64,000 nt of DNA from Lingula anatina (Eukaryota; Animalia; Brachiopoda), in NCBI GenBank assembly GCA_051362555.1, contig CM120641.1:30882401-30946400 (forward strand). The letters run 5' to 3'. The translations under genes were made by a program, and so were the position numbers. Every line of letters begins with the position of its first letter. The stretch's first letter is position 1. Below are positions 36,719-49,776 of this stretch, piece after piece. The notes under the pieces are model-generated. The model had not been told where the DNA came from, searched no databases, and saw only the letters and a program-made list of their open reading frames with translations.

Positions 36719-39700
36719 CAGGGTACGAAATAAGGACCGTCCGGCAGCCCGGGACGGCTCAATTATCTCCCGGGCGGTCTCTTTCCAAAAGTTGCCAGTC
36801 CGTCGGTCTGGCCATTTTCTGGCCTCTAAAATAATTGTATAGCAATATGCACATTCATATTAAGCACATTTGGTTGAAATAAAACAAAAACAATGAGGCT
36901 CACCCTTCAAGAAATCGTCACTCTCTACAAATGAACTTAAACCGAAAGTACATGCTTAGTCACCGTTTTCCCGGCATGCCTAGCGCAAAGATCCTCAAGC
37001 GGCAATCCTCGGCTCATTCCGCAAACACAAGTACATATTGTTGAGCGCGGAGACATCCTAGTAATTCCGAGTGCAAAGATCCTTCGTGTCTGATACAAAG
37101 TATCAAACGCGGCATTTACATGCTTGTTTATGAGAATAATGAACAATACGTGATCATTCAATTTCAAAACAAGACAATCTCTTCTTATTACAAAGATTAA
37201 GTTTTGATTTTTCTATAATCTGTAATTGTAATTTTCTTAACATTTACGTAAGCTACCATTTCTTTCTCATAAAAAAATATTTGAATGACGTCAGGACGCA
37301 TGTGGAGTCTACAAGATAGCGTCTAAGAAGTCGCAGTCCACCTTGTACAAATATTTTGGTGTTAATAGTAATAATGAAAGTGATGCCCCAGCACTCAAGA
37401 AAAAAATGCAGGAAGATATCAGACAGTCCAATAAAGTGTATGATGACACCAAAAGGAAAAGGTCAGTTGTGCCATCATGGAAAACTGAATTTTCGTGGTT
37501 AATTTTTGATGACACTGACAGTTTAAACGTCAAACTTTTTTGCAAGACCTGTTGAAGTGCATTTGCACCATTGGTTTCAAGGAAACAACCAGATAGATTT
37601 AACAAGTATGCCCATGGTGCGTTTGTAATAGGCGGGTCATGCAACATTAGGCATCACTCACTAGCTACTCATGCAGTGTCCGAAGGACACCGTTATGCCG
37701 AGCGATATTTGTCAGCAAAAAGGGACTCCTCTGGCACAAGTATTGCAGAAAAGTCAATTCAAGCCCTCAATAAGTCAACTTTTGATAAAGTTCAGCACCT
37801 GGTACAAACTGTTCATGCACTTACCAAAAAGTCTCAACCACTTTCCGATTTTGTGTGGCAGTGTAAGCTCGATGAGAAAAAATGCACTGACATAGGTCAA
37901 ACATACAAAAATGAACACAGTGCCAAACAGTTTATGATATCAATTGCAGAGGTGGAGCGCAATAAGATTGAAGACATATGTTATCTCAGGCTACCTTTTT
38001 TACAGTTATGTCAGATGGTACAACAGATATTTCTGTTACAGAAAATGAGGTTGTGTATATCCACTTCGCCATAAATGGTGTCACTCATTGTTACTTTGTT
38101 GGGATGGTGGCTTGTGCATTTGCAAATGCTGCAGGTATTTATGATGCCATAATGACAGCCCTGAATGCAACGGAACTGAGATTGGAGGACATTAAGAGGC
38201 GAATAATAGGATTTGCAGGAGATGGAGCTTCAGTTAACACGGGACAGATCTCAGGGGTTATAGCTCTGTTTAGAAGAAATATATCGCCAGAAATCATTAT
38301 GGTACAATGCATGTCACATCGTATTGAGTTATCATTCAAAGATGTTCTCTCCAACACACCTCTCTACAAGAAGGTATACACTTTGATGGATGAATTGTAC
38401 AAGATGTATCACAAAAGTGCCAAGCAGACAAGTGGTCTCCGTGCAGCATTTGAGGCTCTGAAGATGTGGGCTATGCCAACTAGAGTTGGTGGCACTGGGT
38501 GGCTTGGGCACACTATGACAGCACTGAATGTAATCTGGAAAGGCTACAAAGCCTTTGCCCTGCATCTGAATGAGGTACATATTTTCCACATTGACAAATG
38601 GAAGTGTATATTTTTATTTTTTTAAAGTTATAACAATAACTGTAAACCTGTAACAAGAACATATAAACTGACAAATATAGTCAATCATCAATATAATATC
38701 ACAATGATGATATTTAGATGTATTTTTAACAATATAATAGATCTAAACATATAACTATAATTAATATTATATAATAGGCATAAGTAAATAAAAAGTTAAC
38801 AACAGCACAATAAATTTCTGTGATATTATTAACGTAAATGATATGGTCAATTTTACTGAATCTCAGATTATGCGACTCTATTTTTTGTTTCTTACAAAAG
38901 GTAGTTAGTATTCCCAGTGGAACATCAGCAGTACAACCCAAAGCCAAGCACTTGATCAAGCTCCTGAGATCAAAAGATGTAATGCTCTTTGCCCATTTTC
39001 TCACAGATCTGGTTGCTGTACTTGTGAGGTTGTCCATGGCACTACAGAAGCGACAGACATGTATTTATGAAGTCCGTCAGGAGTTGGAAACCACCACACT
39101 CAACATCATCAACCTTCATACCAGGTCAGCAAATTTAATAGCGTTGTATAAAAAACTATTTCTTTATGTTATCATTTCTGCTTCTTCTGGATGAAAGCTT
39201 ACAATTAAAGTACAGGTCACTGCAAATTGTGTGTGCCTGCTTGTAGTTTGTTAGACAAATGTAGTGACTTGTTGATTCAGTTTTGCACTAGGGGATGTTA
39301 ACTTTGTATTTTCAGTCCTGGCCTGAACATGAGGAGACTACAAGCTGCCCTGGCTGTGGGTGATAAGTATCAAGGGGAACAACTACATGGGCAATCTGCA
39401 ACTTATGAAGCCCAAAAGAGGAAAGTTCTGGATAATTTGGTGTCATCTTTGGATAAACAATTTGCTGACATTGACAAGGGTCTACTCAGTTGCACCAGTA
39501 TAGCCAATTTACAGTCTTGGCCTCCCACATTTGAAGATGCTCCAGGTCAGCATTAACAGTTCATTTCTGTTGTAAATTCTGCTAAGTTACTATTGCAAAT
39601 CTTTTTAAAATAATCTAAGAAATTTATCTAAAGAACAGTACTGCCTCAAATATTTTTAGAAGAGGTTTATTGACATTTTTCATGAGTAACATAAGTGTCT

Positions 39701-40776
39701 TATAATTAAGTATACTAATATTTTTGTTCTGATTTTATCTGTTTCACAGATTTTGGTAATGACATGCTGGCACAAGTGGTAGATCACTTTAATAACCATC
39801 TGCAGCAAAGTGTGGACTTGGCTGTCATGGATGCAGAATGGACCTCTTTAAAACATGACCTCTACGAAAAGTAGTATGTACATCATTATGAGCAAATAGA
39901 GATAGATAGTAAATGGTGAAACTTGGAACCAAACTTCAAAACTAAATTGGTATAAAAAATTCAGTTAGAAAGGATACTTAACTGTTACAATAACCATAAT
40001 TCTCTCAACAATGTGTTTTCAATTTTAAATAATTTAAATATAAATTAAAAATCAAATAAATAAGATCTGACATTCAAATATCAATTAAATAAATAAAACT
40101 GCATTCTATTATGTTGAAATATAACATGAAAGCAATTAAAGGTAATGCATATTTATTTTCAGTCACAAAATGCACACCTTGTCTTGGGAGACGATCAATA
40201 GTCTGCATCAACCAAAGCATGCTAACATCTTGAAGGTCGTGGATTTGATTCTTTCACTTCCTGCAGGGACCTCGGAATGGAGAGAGGTTTCTCTCAACTA
40301 AAAATCATTAGGACCCAGTTGAGAAACAAACTGAGGGCTTCCACCCTGACAGCACTCCTGACCATCCAGCTCCATTCTGCAGAGATAGCAGAATATGACC
40401 CAACCCCTGCCATACATTGCTGGAACACCCAGAAAAGACGGCGGCCTTTATTCCTGAGGTCTGTCAGCAGAGGTCATTGCAGAAGGCCTGCTGCAGATGA
40501 AATGAGATACTTAAAGGCAGAGGCAGAAGCAGATGCTGCTGCGCCAGATGTCCAGAAACCCGAGGATCCAAACCTAGACTCTGATTATGACAGTCACAGT
40601 GAATCAGACTTTTCCGATTTGGGATCAGCGCATAATGTTTCAGATGCTGACAGTGAAGAATCTGTACTTGAATAAATTCACCTTGAGACTAAGAGTCTTT
40701 GTTTTAATATCAATCTTGTCTTCAATTGATTTAATTATGCTGTCCGGCTTCAAATTTACACGAATTTCATACCCTG
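36719..40776 (+). mobile_element. hAT transposon (ZNF862/C17orf113-like transposase clade)
   Basis: TIR CAGGGTACGAAAT pairs with ATTTCATACCCTG. AGAGTAA is duplicated on both flanks. GC-rich subterminal repeats at the left end. Confidence 0.9.
37308..40675 (+). pseudogene. Five-exon hAT transposase, inactivated
   Basis: Exons ~37308-38574, 38901-39124, 39316-39545, 39750-39870 and 40163-40675, joined by in-phase GT-AG introns. Motifs: W..EFSWL..LFCKTC and H..SEGH zinc finger, FFTVMSDGTTDIS, FAGDGASVNTG, CMSHRIEL, LILSLPAGTSE(c)ERGFSQLK dimerisation domain. Stop at 37553; frameshifts at ~37978 and ~40278. Confidence 0.9.
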
Positions 40777-40889
40777 AGAGTAATAGTAAAGATTACAAAC
40801 AAATAGTGACAAAACTGACATACACAGTGCTCACAATGAATACAAACACGGACAGTGACAACACAAACATGCACAGTAATCAAAAAAAA

Positions 40890-40920
<31 letters not shown>

Positions 40921-41439
40921 GAATAAAAACAAGCACAGTGAAAATACAGACATACACTGTGATCAGAAAAATAAAATTTGACATGTACAGTGACAACACA
41001 ACCATGCACACTAAAAAGAATGAACACAATTTAATCGGGTGATTACACAGTCACACACAGTGATCACAATATATATATGCAAACACATTCAATGACAATA
41101 CAGAATGGAAACAGTTATCACAGTATAGACAGATATATAAACTATGATGACACACAACTGTGATGACAACACCAACCCGCACAGTTAACATGACTAGAAA
41201 TAAATATAATGACAAAACTGAGATCTACATTGCTGACAATAAATATAAACACAAACAATGCCAACACTAAAATGCACAGTAATCAAAATGACTACAAACA
41301 AATAGAGTGACAAAACTGACATGCACAGTGCTCACAATAAATACAAACAACACCAACAAACACAGTAATCAAAATAAATACAAACAAAGAGTCATAAAAC
41401 AGACATACACAGTGATTAGAAAAAAAATTCCACATGTAC
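40777..41439 (+). repeat. Complex satellite block with (AAT)n
   Basis: Same modules; (AAT)n at ~40890-40918. Confidence 0.9.
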
Positions 41440-44400
41440 CATACTAGTATTAAGAATGTGTATATTTACCCCGTGGACCATTTGAAGATTCACTGCGATT
41501 AATGCGGTGGAAAATACAATAGAGGGAGTGTATAATGATAGGGTCGCTAAACGATTGTTGACCGCATATAGTAATTAGCCTAATCCCCTGGCCGCCTGGG
41601 TAGCCATGCCCCCTTAGAGTACTTATGTAAACAAACGGTCTCCCATAGCGAACTATCCTTTAGTTCAACAGCTTCGCGCGTGCAGCTGATTATGTATGTA
41701 GTGACACTATCGCTATCTGCATATAAATTTGTGCTAGCAGTTATTTGATTCATTCTGCCGGGTCGGATGTTGTGGATCAGCCCACTGGTTCGTTGACTTA
41801 TTTTTTCTGAAGATTGGTGATGCAGATTTTGAGGGCTTAATTATTTACCCTCCTTCTAACAAGAGAAAGGGGAAGGGAGAGAAAAAGAGAGAGTGTCAAA
41901 TGAAATGGGTAATGAGTAATACAATACAATACATTAAATAAAGGGACTCGCGGTGGAAGAAACGATAGACTGTTTTGCATCAAGGTATGCCATTATAATC
42001 CGACATGGCCCATAACAGGAGGGATTATACTTTAAATACAGACCCATTGTTGTATGACTTATATTTGTGCCGACTTGTATTTTACTCTCGTTTATTTCGG
42101 GAAACTATTTCCTTGAATAAAGTTTTGCCTGTATAAATTTACTTTGTGACATGAAGTAATTAATAAAACATGCCTGTTGAAAAGGGGGCTATTCGTAACT
42201 AATAAAGGTTCACTGTTCAGAAAAATATCGTTGCTGTTCGTCGCCGATACCTTCAGGAAAGCGTACCATCTGCTTGGATCACTGTCATTTAAGGGCAATT
42301 TACATTTTAGCTAATAATTCTGAATTTACTAATATTTTGGCCTAAATTCGATGTCAGATTCATAGCCATGACGCAAAGCCGCCAGAGTAACTGTTTAAAT
42401 TTCCAAACATTCTATTTCGTTTTTTTCCTAATGTTTTTTAATTATCAGACGAAAACGTTTTCATGTTTAACTTTTATCCAAATGTACATACACCATTCTG
42501 GACTATCTTATTTTATCCAACTACACATACAAATACCACTAACTGCCCCCCCCCCCCCCCAAACAATCAGACTAGAACGAGTGGCGATAAAAATGTATCT
42601 CTAGATCTTGTAAACACTCAGCGAAATGCACCTAGTGACCATATTCAATGTGCCATCACTTAATTGCTTTCTCGATTTCATTAATTGACGATAGTAATTG
42701 CAGTAAACAAGGAAGAGGAAATGCTGAAGACAAAACAATGTCGGGTCTTTGTGTGACTTTCTCCCTAAACACTTATGTTGCTGTCAAAGAAAAAGGAGCC
42801 AAGATAGCGATCATTTAACGTTTGATACACAATGTTCATTAATGTCATAATTTTGGCGATTTATTGAAACCACATTTGTACAGAGTAGGTTAGCATAAGT
42901 TAAGCAACAACCAGTATGAAGAACAACTCCCTTTTTAAATGAGGCAAGACACCCTCTTCACACTGACTATAACCTTGAGAAAGACATTATGCAACAAGGC
43001 AAAGGAGTTATGCAAAGTTCTTTCAACTTGTGTGTGAATACAACACATTCTTTGTCGCTTTTACAAGACAATGGAGGCGAGCAAGCGGAATAATTACAAT
43101 ATACAATAAAAAGGAAATAAGTTTAGAAAGCTTACTTCGGGTCAGCCCTTTGCTTGTTCGAAGGAAAGAGATAGATATCGCGCCGCGACTCCCTTTATTA
43201 AACCTTCGTGTGTTTGTGTAAAAGTGTGAAAGACAGGCAACGGTCTTGAGTCGCTGTTGATATTGTTCGCGATTAATATTGAAGTATACCTCCTTCGCCT
43301 GCATGTAAACGTGTTACTTTTCCCTATGTGCACTATATTTCTTTTAGGTGGTTGAGACAAGGCGATGAGATCGATAAAAGTAAAGGTTAATCTAAACAAT
43401 TAGATGTGATTTTTGTGAAATGTTTAAATTCTTGAATTTCTCATTTTTAAAATCTTTCATACACGGTCGCATCTTTGTATTACTCTCAGGCCATACTCTT
43501 CGATATTATTGTGTTACACGGGACTCCTGGAAACCTGAATCACAGGGCATTGTGAAACTTAATTCACTACGGAGTCTTGTTATCCTTCATGCAGTTTTAT
43601 AGCTGGGATGAACACTGTGAAGTAGAAACAGGCTCTACTTAGCTTTACTTAATATACGACAGTTTAAACAAAACCAGTCTGCAAGGCTTGCTTTGATTTG
43701 GCATTAACCTGACACTGGTTTTGAAAGAACAAATATAAATATGTTGGATGGATTAAATCACCAACTTCGTTACAATTTAACTAAATGTGTTCATTTACAC
43801 AGTAACACAGATAATATTTATAAGTTGTCTGTCGTTCAGCACGCATTATAGGTGAGTAGCTAAACAGTGACGATGATCACAGTAATTGTATAGGCATCGT
43901 TTAAGCTTGTTCGTGAGATAATAACAGTCGCATTTAACAATAGATAGCAAGCTATAGTAAGACCCCCTCCTCTTCAACTGATGATTTACACTGTTAATTG
44001 ACCGTACTTTCATATATTGTATGATCACACAGTCAGACTTTCCCCGGTTGCACGTTGGAGTTAGATTGTCCTTGTGGCTCTGTCAATGCACCTCATTTAA
44101 TTTCAATATTATAATATAAGTATAGTATAAATAATATATTCTTTCCTTATTCCTCATTCATTATCATTCATGTTTTATAAATACTTGAATGCAGTACGCT
44201 TATAAATAAATTATACATTTATAAATTAATGCAATAAGAATTTTTGAGACAGATTGATGCTGACGCTCATGCATGTCAATCAAACAAACAATACAATTTT
44301 TGACTGCGGAAATTTCATATTGGATGAAATAACTGATAACAAATTTAACTAGCAGTTTGTAAGCAACACAAAAATCATAATCAGCTGCGCGTGCACTAGT

Positions 44401-44760
44401 GAACAAAAGGACAGTTCGCTACGCGTGGCACGCGTTAGCATGGGTTCTAACCTCTTAAAGCTATAATCCTATCGCCGCAACAAACAATGGGGACCTCCTG
44501 GCTGACGTATCCTGCTGTTAATTACACCTAGTTACAGCGGATTGTCTTGTCACGCTGGACCACAGAAACCGGCGTCATGGGGTTCACTCGTCTTAAGTAT
44601 TGTTATTCCACCTAAGCTATTGTGTTTGTGTGTTCGAATTTTGAAGGGATTTATATGGCCCTCAATTGTTTGTCCGCCCCTTCTATTCACAAGATAGGGA
44701 TTAAAATATTTCGAACGTTGTTATACCGGTGTACACCGGAAACAAAATTATTACTGCCAC
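41440..44760. other. 3.3-kb unique-sequence insertion in the satellite, class unresolved
   Basis: The satellite word CACATGTAC|AGT resumes in register after the insert, with TGTAC on both sides. No convincing TIR. Perfect palindrome CCGGTGTACACCGG at 44726-44739. Confidence 0.5.
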
Positions 44761-46410
44761 TGTACAGTGAGAACACTAACGTGCACTGTAATCATAACGA
44801 ACACAAGTAAAAAGAGTAAAAAACATAGCCGTACACAGTCACCACAATATATACAAAAACATTCAGTAACAATACAAAATAGACATACGAAACAGAAAAT
44901 AAACAGACACATAGATATATAGTGAACATCATCATGATGCAGAGTAATAGTAATGATTATAAACAAATAGAGTGACAAAACTAACAGACAAAGTGCTCAT
45001 AATAAATACAAACACAAACAGTGACAACACAAACATGCACAGTAATCAAATAAAATACAAACACAGTTAAAATACAGACATACACAGTAATCAGAATAAA
45101 TTTTTGACATGTACAACGACAATAGTAATGTACATCGTAAAAAGAAAGAAAACAAGGAAAAAAATTAAAAACATAGCAGTACACAGTCATCGCAATATAT
45201 ACAAACACATTCAGTAACAATACAGAATAGACACAGAAAACATAAGATAAACAGATATACAGGCATACAGTGTCAACACCATCATGAAGAGTAATAGTAA
45301 TGATTAGAAACAGAGTGACAAAACTGACATACACAGTGATCACAATAAATACAAACAACAAAATTTACAACACCAACAAACACAGTAATCAAAATAAATA
45401 CAAACAGTCACAAAACAAACATACACAGTGATTAGAAAAACATTTCACATGTACAGTGACAACAGTAACGTGCACCGTAATGATAATGAACACAAGTAAA
45501 AAGAGTGAAAAAGAAGTCGTACACAGTCATCTCAATATGAACAAAAACATTCAGTAATAATACAAATAGACACAGCATCCAATATAAACAGATATATAGA
45601 TATACAGTGACAACACAATTATGCAGAGTAATAATAATGAATAAAAACAAATAAGAGTGACAAAACTGATGTACATAGTGCTCACAATAAATACAAACAC
45701 AAACAGTAACAACACCAACAAACACAGTAATCAAAATAAATACAAACAAAAACAGTCACAATACAGACATACACAGTGATCAGAATAAATTATGATGTGT
45801 ACAGTGACAACAGTACCGTACAACGTAAAAAGAAAGAAGACAAAAAAAAAAAAAAAGATTGAAAACATAGAAGTACACAGTCATTGCAATATATGCAAAA
45901 CATTCAGTAACAATACAGAATAGACACAGCAAACATAAGATAAACAGACATAAGATAAAGACATAAGATAACAGACATAAGATAAACAAACACGAACAGT
46001 AACAACACCAACAAACAGAGTAATCAAAATAAATACAAACAAACACAGTCACAAAACAGACATACACAATGATTACAAAAAAATTTCACATGTACAGCGA
46101 CAACAGTAATGTTCAACGTAATGAGAATAAACACGAGGAAAAAGAGTGAAAACGAAGTCGTACTAAGTCATCTCAATATATACAAACACATTCAGTAACA
46201 ATACAAAACAGACACAACAAACATAAGATAAACAAACACACAGGCATACAGTGACAACACCATCATGCACAGTAATAGTAATGATTTCGAACAAATAGAG
46301 TGACAAACTTACAAACACAGTGATCAAAATAAATATTAACTTGTAGTGATAATAGTAGCGTGCACCGCAATGAGAATGAACACAAGGAAAAAGAGTGAAA
46401 ACATAGACAT
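44761..46410 (+). repeat. Complex satellite block
   Basis: Same modules; paralogous to ~35340-36580. Confidence 0.9.
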
Positions 46411-46865
46411 AATTCGAAAATTAAACGAAACTTACCTGTAAGTTGATGTTTGATTGTAATTCTATGAGACAATTATAGGTGAGGAGATGAAATGAGAATG
46501 CACAGTGCGCATGCGCGTCAGGTTTTGAAGCATTTTTGCATGATTTCTTCCGAAGTTTAATATTAAACTTTATTCCCTAATAATAGTCTGCATCAGTATT
46601 ATCATAAGGTACACAATTAGGGAGGGTGGGAGAGGCATTTCATCTCCTCACCTATAATTGTCTCACAGAATTACAATCAAACATCAACTTACAGGTAAGT
46701 TTCGTTTAATTTTTGAATTCTATATATCGAACAATTATATTGGTTCGTCATGAAATGAGACTTTAAAGCACAAATCATGCAAAGTAAAATCATGTTTAAA
46801 TTCGAACAAGAAAACTTTATTGGTTATCAAACAGATAAGTACTAGCAGTTAATAAATGAACAGAC

Positions 46866-47930
46866 TTAAGACCTTTGCTTATCCAATTCAAGTACAGCTT
46901 TCACTACTGTGTCATTTTTGACTATTTCTTTGTCATAAAATCTTGTAAATGTACTCTTATTTGACAAACCAGCATGTTTCATTATATCCGCAAGAGGGAC
47001 ATCCATCAGTTTAGCTTTAGAGGTTGTTGCTGCTCTCACACTATGAGCACCATACTTCACAGTATCTATTCCTGATCTTAATTTATTAAGACCACTTTAA
47101 TCCACCGTGCAACAGTGTCCTTTGACACTGCTTTATGTGGTTTTCTGAAACTTATCAACAACCTGTTTTCTTTACTGTGTCTCAACATTTTAGTACGTTT
47201 CAAGTACTCTTTCATGACAGTGTACACACAAAAGTCTCCTATCAGGAGGGTAACCTCTTAAATGAACTTTGGAAAAATGAACTCCTGGTCTACTTTGCTT
47301 AATTAAACCATCACAACAGAAAACATATTCAGACATTAACTTTTTAAAATTCTTAACAGTCAACAAGTGTACAGTCTGAATCCTGGCAGCATTTACTAAT
47401 GCAATAAGCATAGCAAGTTTCAAAGTCAAGTCTTTCAAACTAATATTACGCACAGGTGACAATTTGCGCAAATAACATAAAACTTGATCAACATCCCAAA
47501 TATCCATATATCTACTTGTACAGGGGTAGGTGGGCGTAGGTTAAATACATCTTTCATAAAACGGATAACTTGTGGGTGCGATCCTTCTGTATACTGTTCC
47601 AGTAAAATTCCAAGTGATGACAGGGCACTCCTGGCTGTGTTCAAGGAACTATATCCTAAGCCCTTAATTGTTATACAGTTCAGTCAAAAACTCAATAACA
47701 TCATTTACAGAAACATAAAATGAATTAATACTCCGTTCGCAACAGAACTGAAACCATTTTGATAAATATATATGTCTTGTACTGACATTTAGTCTTTGCT
47801 CTCCATGATGCCATAAAAATGTTGATTGATTGTTCTGAAAATCCACTGTCTCTAAAAGACTTCCTGATAACTTGCATGCAATCAAGGTCATTTGATTGGA
47901 TAGAGGATGAACTTTCTCTGAAAACTGCAG
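46866..47930 (-). pseudogene. DIRS tyrosine recombinase (frameshifted)
   Basis: GFSEQSINIFMASWRAKTKCQY; NTARSALS; WDVDQVL..LTLKLAMLIALVNAARIQTVHLL; YGAHSVRAATTSKA..IMKHAGLSNKSTFTRFY (R...HxxR...Y). Confidence 0.9.
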
Positions 47931-49776
47931 CATCAAAGTTTCTTCCACTGGTGGTAAAATCAAAGGAGCTTTCACCAGCATTTGCATCAACATTGGCCAC
48001 CATATTTGTGTTGTCCACAGTGGTACCACCATAAGAGCTCTTGCTTTGTCTGTTTTTATTTTCTGCAGACACCTTGTTATAAGGCTGAAAGGAGGAAAAA
48101 TATAACAAAGTTCAAAATTTTTCCAATTTAAACTGAATGCATCAATAAATGTGGCATCAGGATCTGGTGACCAAGAACAAAATTGTTCTACTTTTTTGTT
48201 TATTCTTGTTGCAAACAAGTCAACTGTAGGCTGACCATAATGTTCACATATCTTAGTGAATATAACATTTTGTATTTCCCACTCAATATTATCGTTAAAT
48301 CTTCGTGAAGGCTCATCTGCTTCATTTTGAATACCTGGTATATGTGAACACATAATCCAAATGTTATGTTTTATACACATATTCCAAATTTGTTTGCTGA
48401 GTTCATCACAACTTGTAGATTTAATTCCCCCAAAGTTATTTATGTATGCAACAGCAGTAGAGGAATCAGTTAATATTTTATATATTTTCCCTCTATCTGT
48501 GACAAAAAGGACTTCAAAGCAAACAAAACAGCACTTAATTCTAGGACATTTATGTGACTTCTTGACTCAAAATTAGTCCATCTGCCACCTATTTTAATGT
48601 CATTCATGACTGCACCCCAGCCAAGCATACTGCTATCAGTCTGTATAGTAAGCTCGGGATTTTCTCTACGAATAACCCGTACCTGTGTTTCAATATTTTC
48701 TATCCACCACTGAAGTTCTGATTTCATATCAATTGTGATATGCATCTTAGCATTAAAATTGCATTTATTTAGTTTCAATGCATTTATTTTTGCCTTTTCC
48801 AGTACTCTGTAATGAAGTTTTCCTAACTCAACTGCTGAGAAGGAGGCAACTAAAAGTCCAATAACTTTAGCTACTTGTCTGATCGTTTCAAATTCACAAT
48901 AATGCAATTTTAAACATGCATCCTTTATTTTATTCTTTCTTTCATTTGGTAAATATACCAACATCTTTTCAGAATAAATTATATTCCCCAAGTAGGTAAT
49001 CTGCCTAGATGGCAAGAGCATACTTTTTTCAAAATTTATCATAAATCCTAGCTTGGATAGCAGACTGATAGTGGCATGTGCATTTCTCACACAAAGTTCA
49101 CTAGTCTCAGCACCTAACAGAGTATCATCAATGTATGAGGTGCTAATATAACCTTTATTATGTAACCAAGCATACACAGGTTTCATTAACTTGGTAAAAA
49201 GGCGCGGACCTGGGCCAACCCCATTTGGCATTGCCCTGTGCTGATATATTTGTCCTCTCCATTTAAAACAAAAATATTTTTGTTGTTCAACTGCCAGAGG
49301 TATTGAATAATATGCCATACGTATATCTACTGAACAAAAATACATATTTTTTGAAACAATATGCAGTGCACTTTCAAAATTTTCTTAAAATGATGATATG
49401 GAAGAAACATGTTTAATTTTATTCAAATTTAGAATCATTCTAAATTCTCCATTTTTCTTCTTGGTTCAGAAAATAGGGGAAATTTAAGATACTGGTCAGT
49501 TAGATAGCTCACAGGCATAATAACTTTATCTCTGACCAATTTAGCTATTTCATTATCAATTACTTCACTCTCAAGTCTGTTAAAACTAGATTGAGAGAAA
49601 CTATGTTGCATAGGCAGAGCACTTTCACTAAAATCAAAGTGGCAATGTTTCACTATGTCAAGAATATTTTCGTCATGTGAAATGGTTTCCCATTGAGAGG
49701 AGAAATATTTCAATCTACCTCCAACTTTATAATCTACTAGAGTACTTACCCTATTTATTTTGGGTCCTTGTGCCAA
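47664..49776 (-). pseudogene. DIRS pol: reverse transcriptase - RNase H - N6-adenine methyltransferase-like domain (frameshifted)
   Basis: VGGRLKYF..W; VDIRMAYYSIPL, RAMPNG, SYIDD (RT); IQTDSSMLGWG, HINVLEL, HIPGIQNEADEPSR (RNase H); DLFATRIN, DAFSLNW, YIFPPFSLI (MT). Confidence 0.93.

Noticed and set aside
37308-40675. Domesticated host gene (ZNF862-like), suggested by its introns
   Set aside because: It is bounded by TIRs and a TSD inside satellite, and it carries a stop and two frameshifts.
46866-47930. Phage integrase or prophage
   Set aside because: It is the DIRS tyrosine recombinase overlapping pol. No phage genes are present.
47664-48380. Bacterial/phage Dam-like methyltransferase suggesting horizontal transfer or a restriction-modification system
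   Set aside because: The MT domain after RNase H is a standard part of DIRS1 pol and lies within the element's ITRs.
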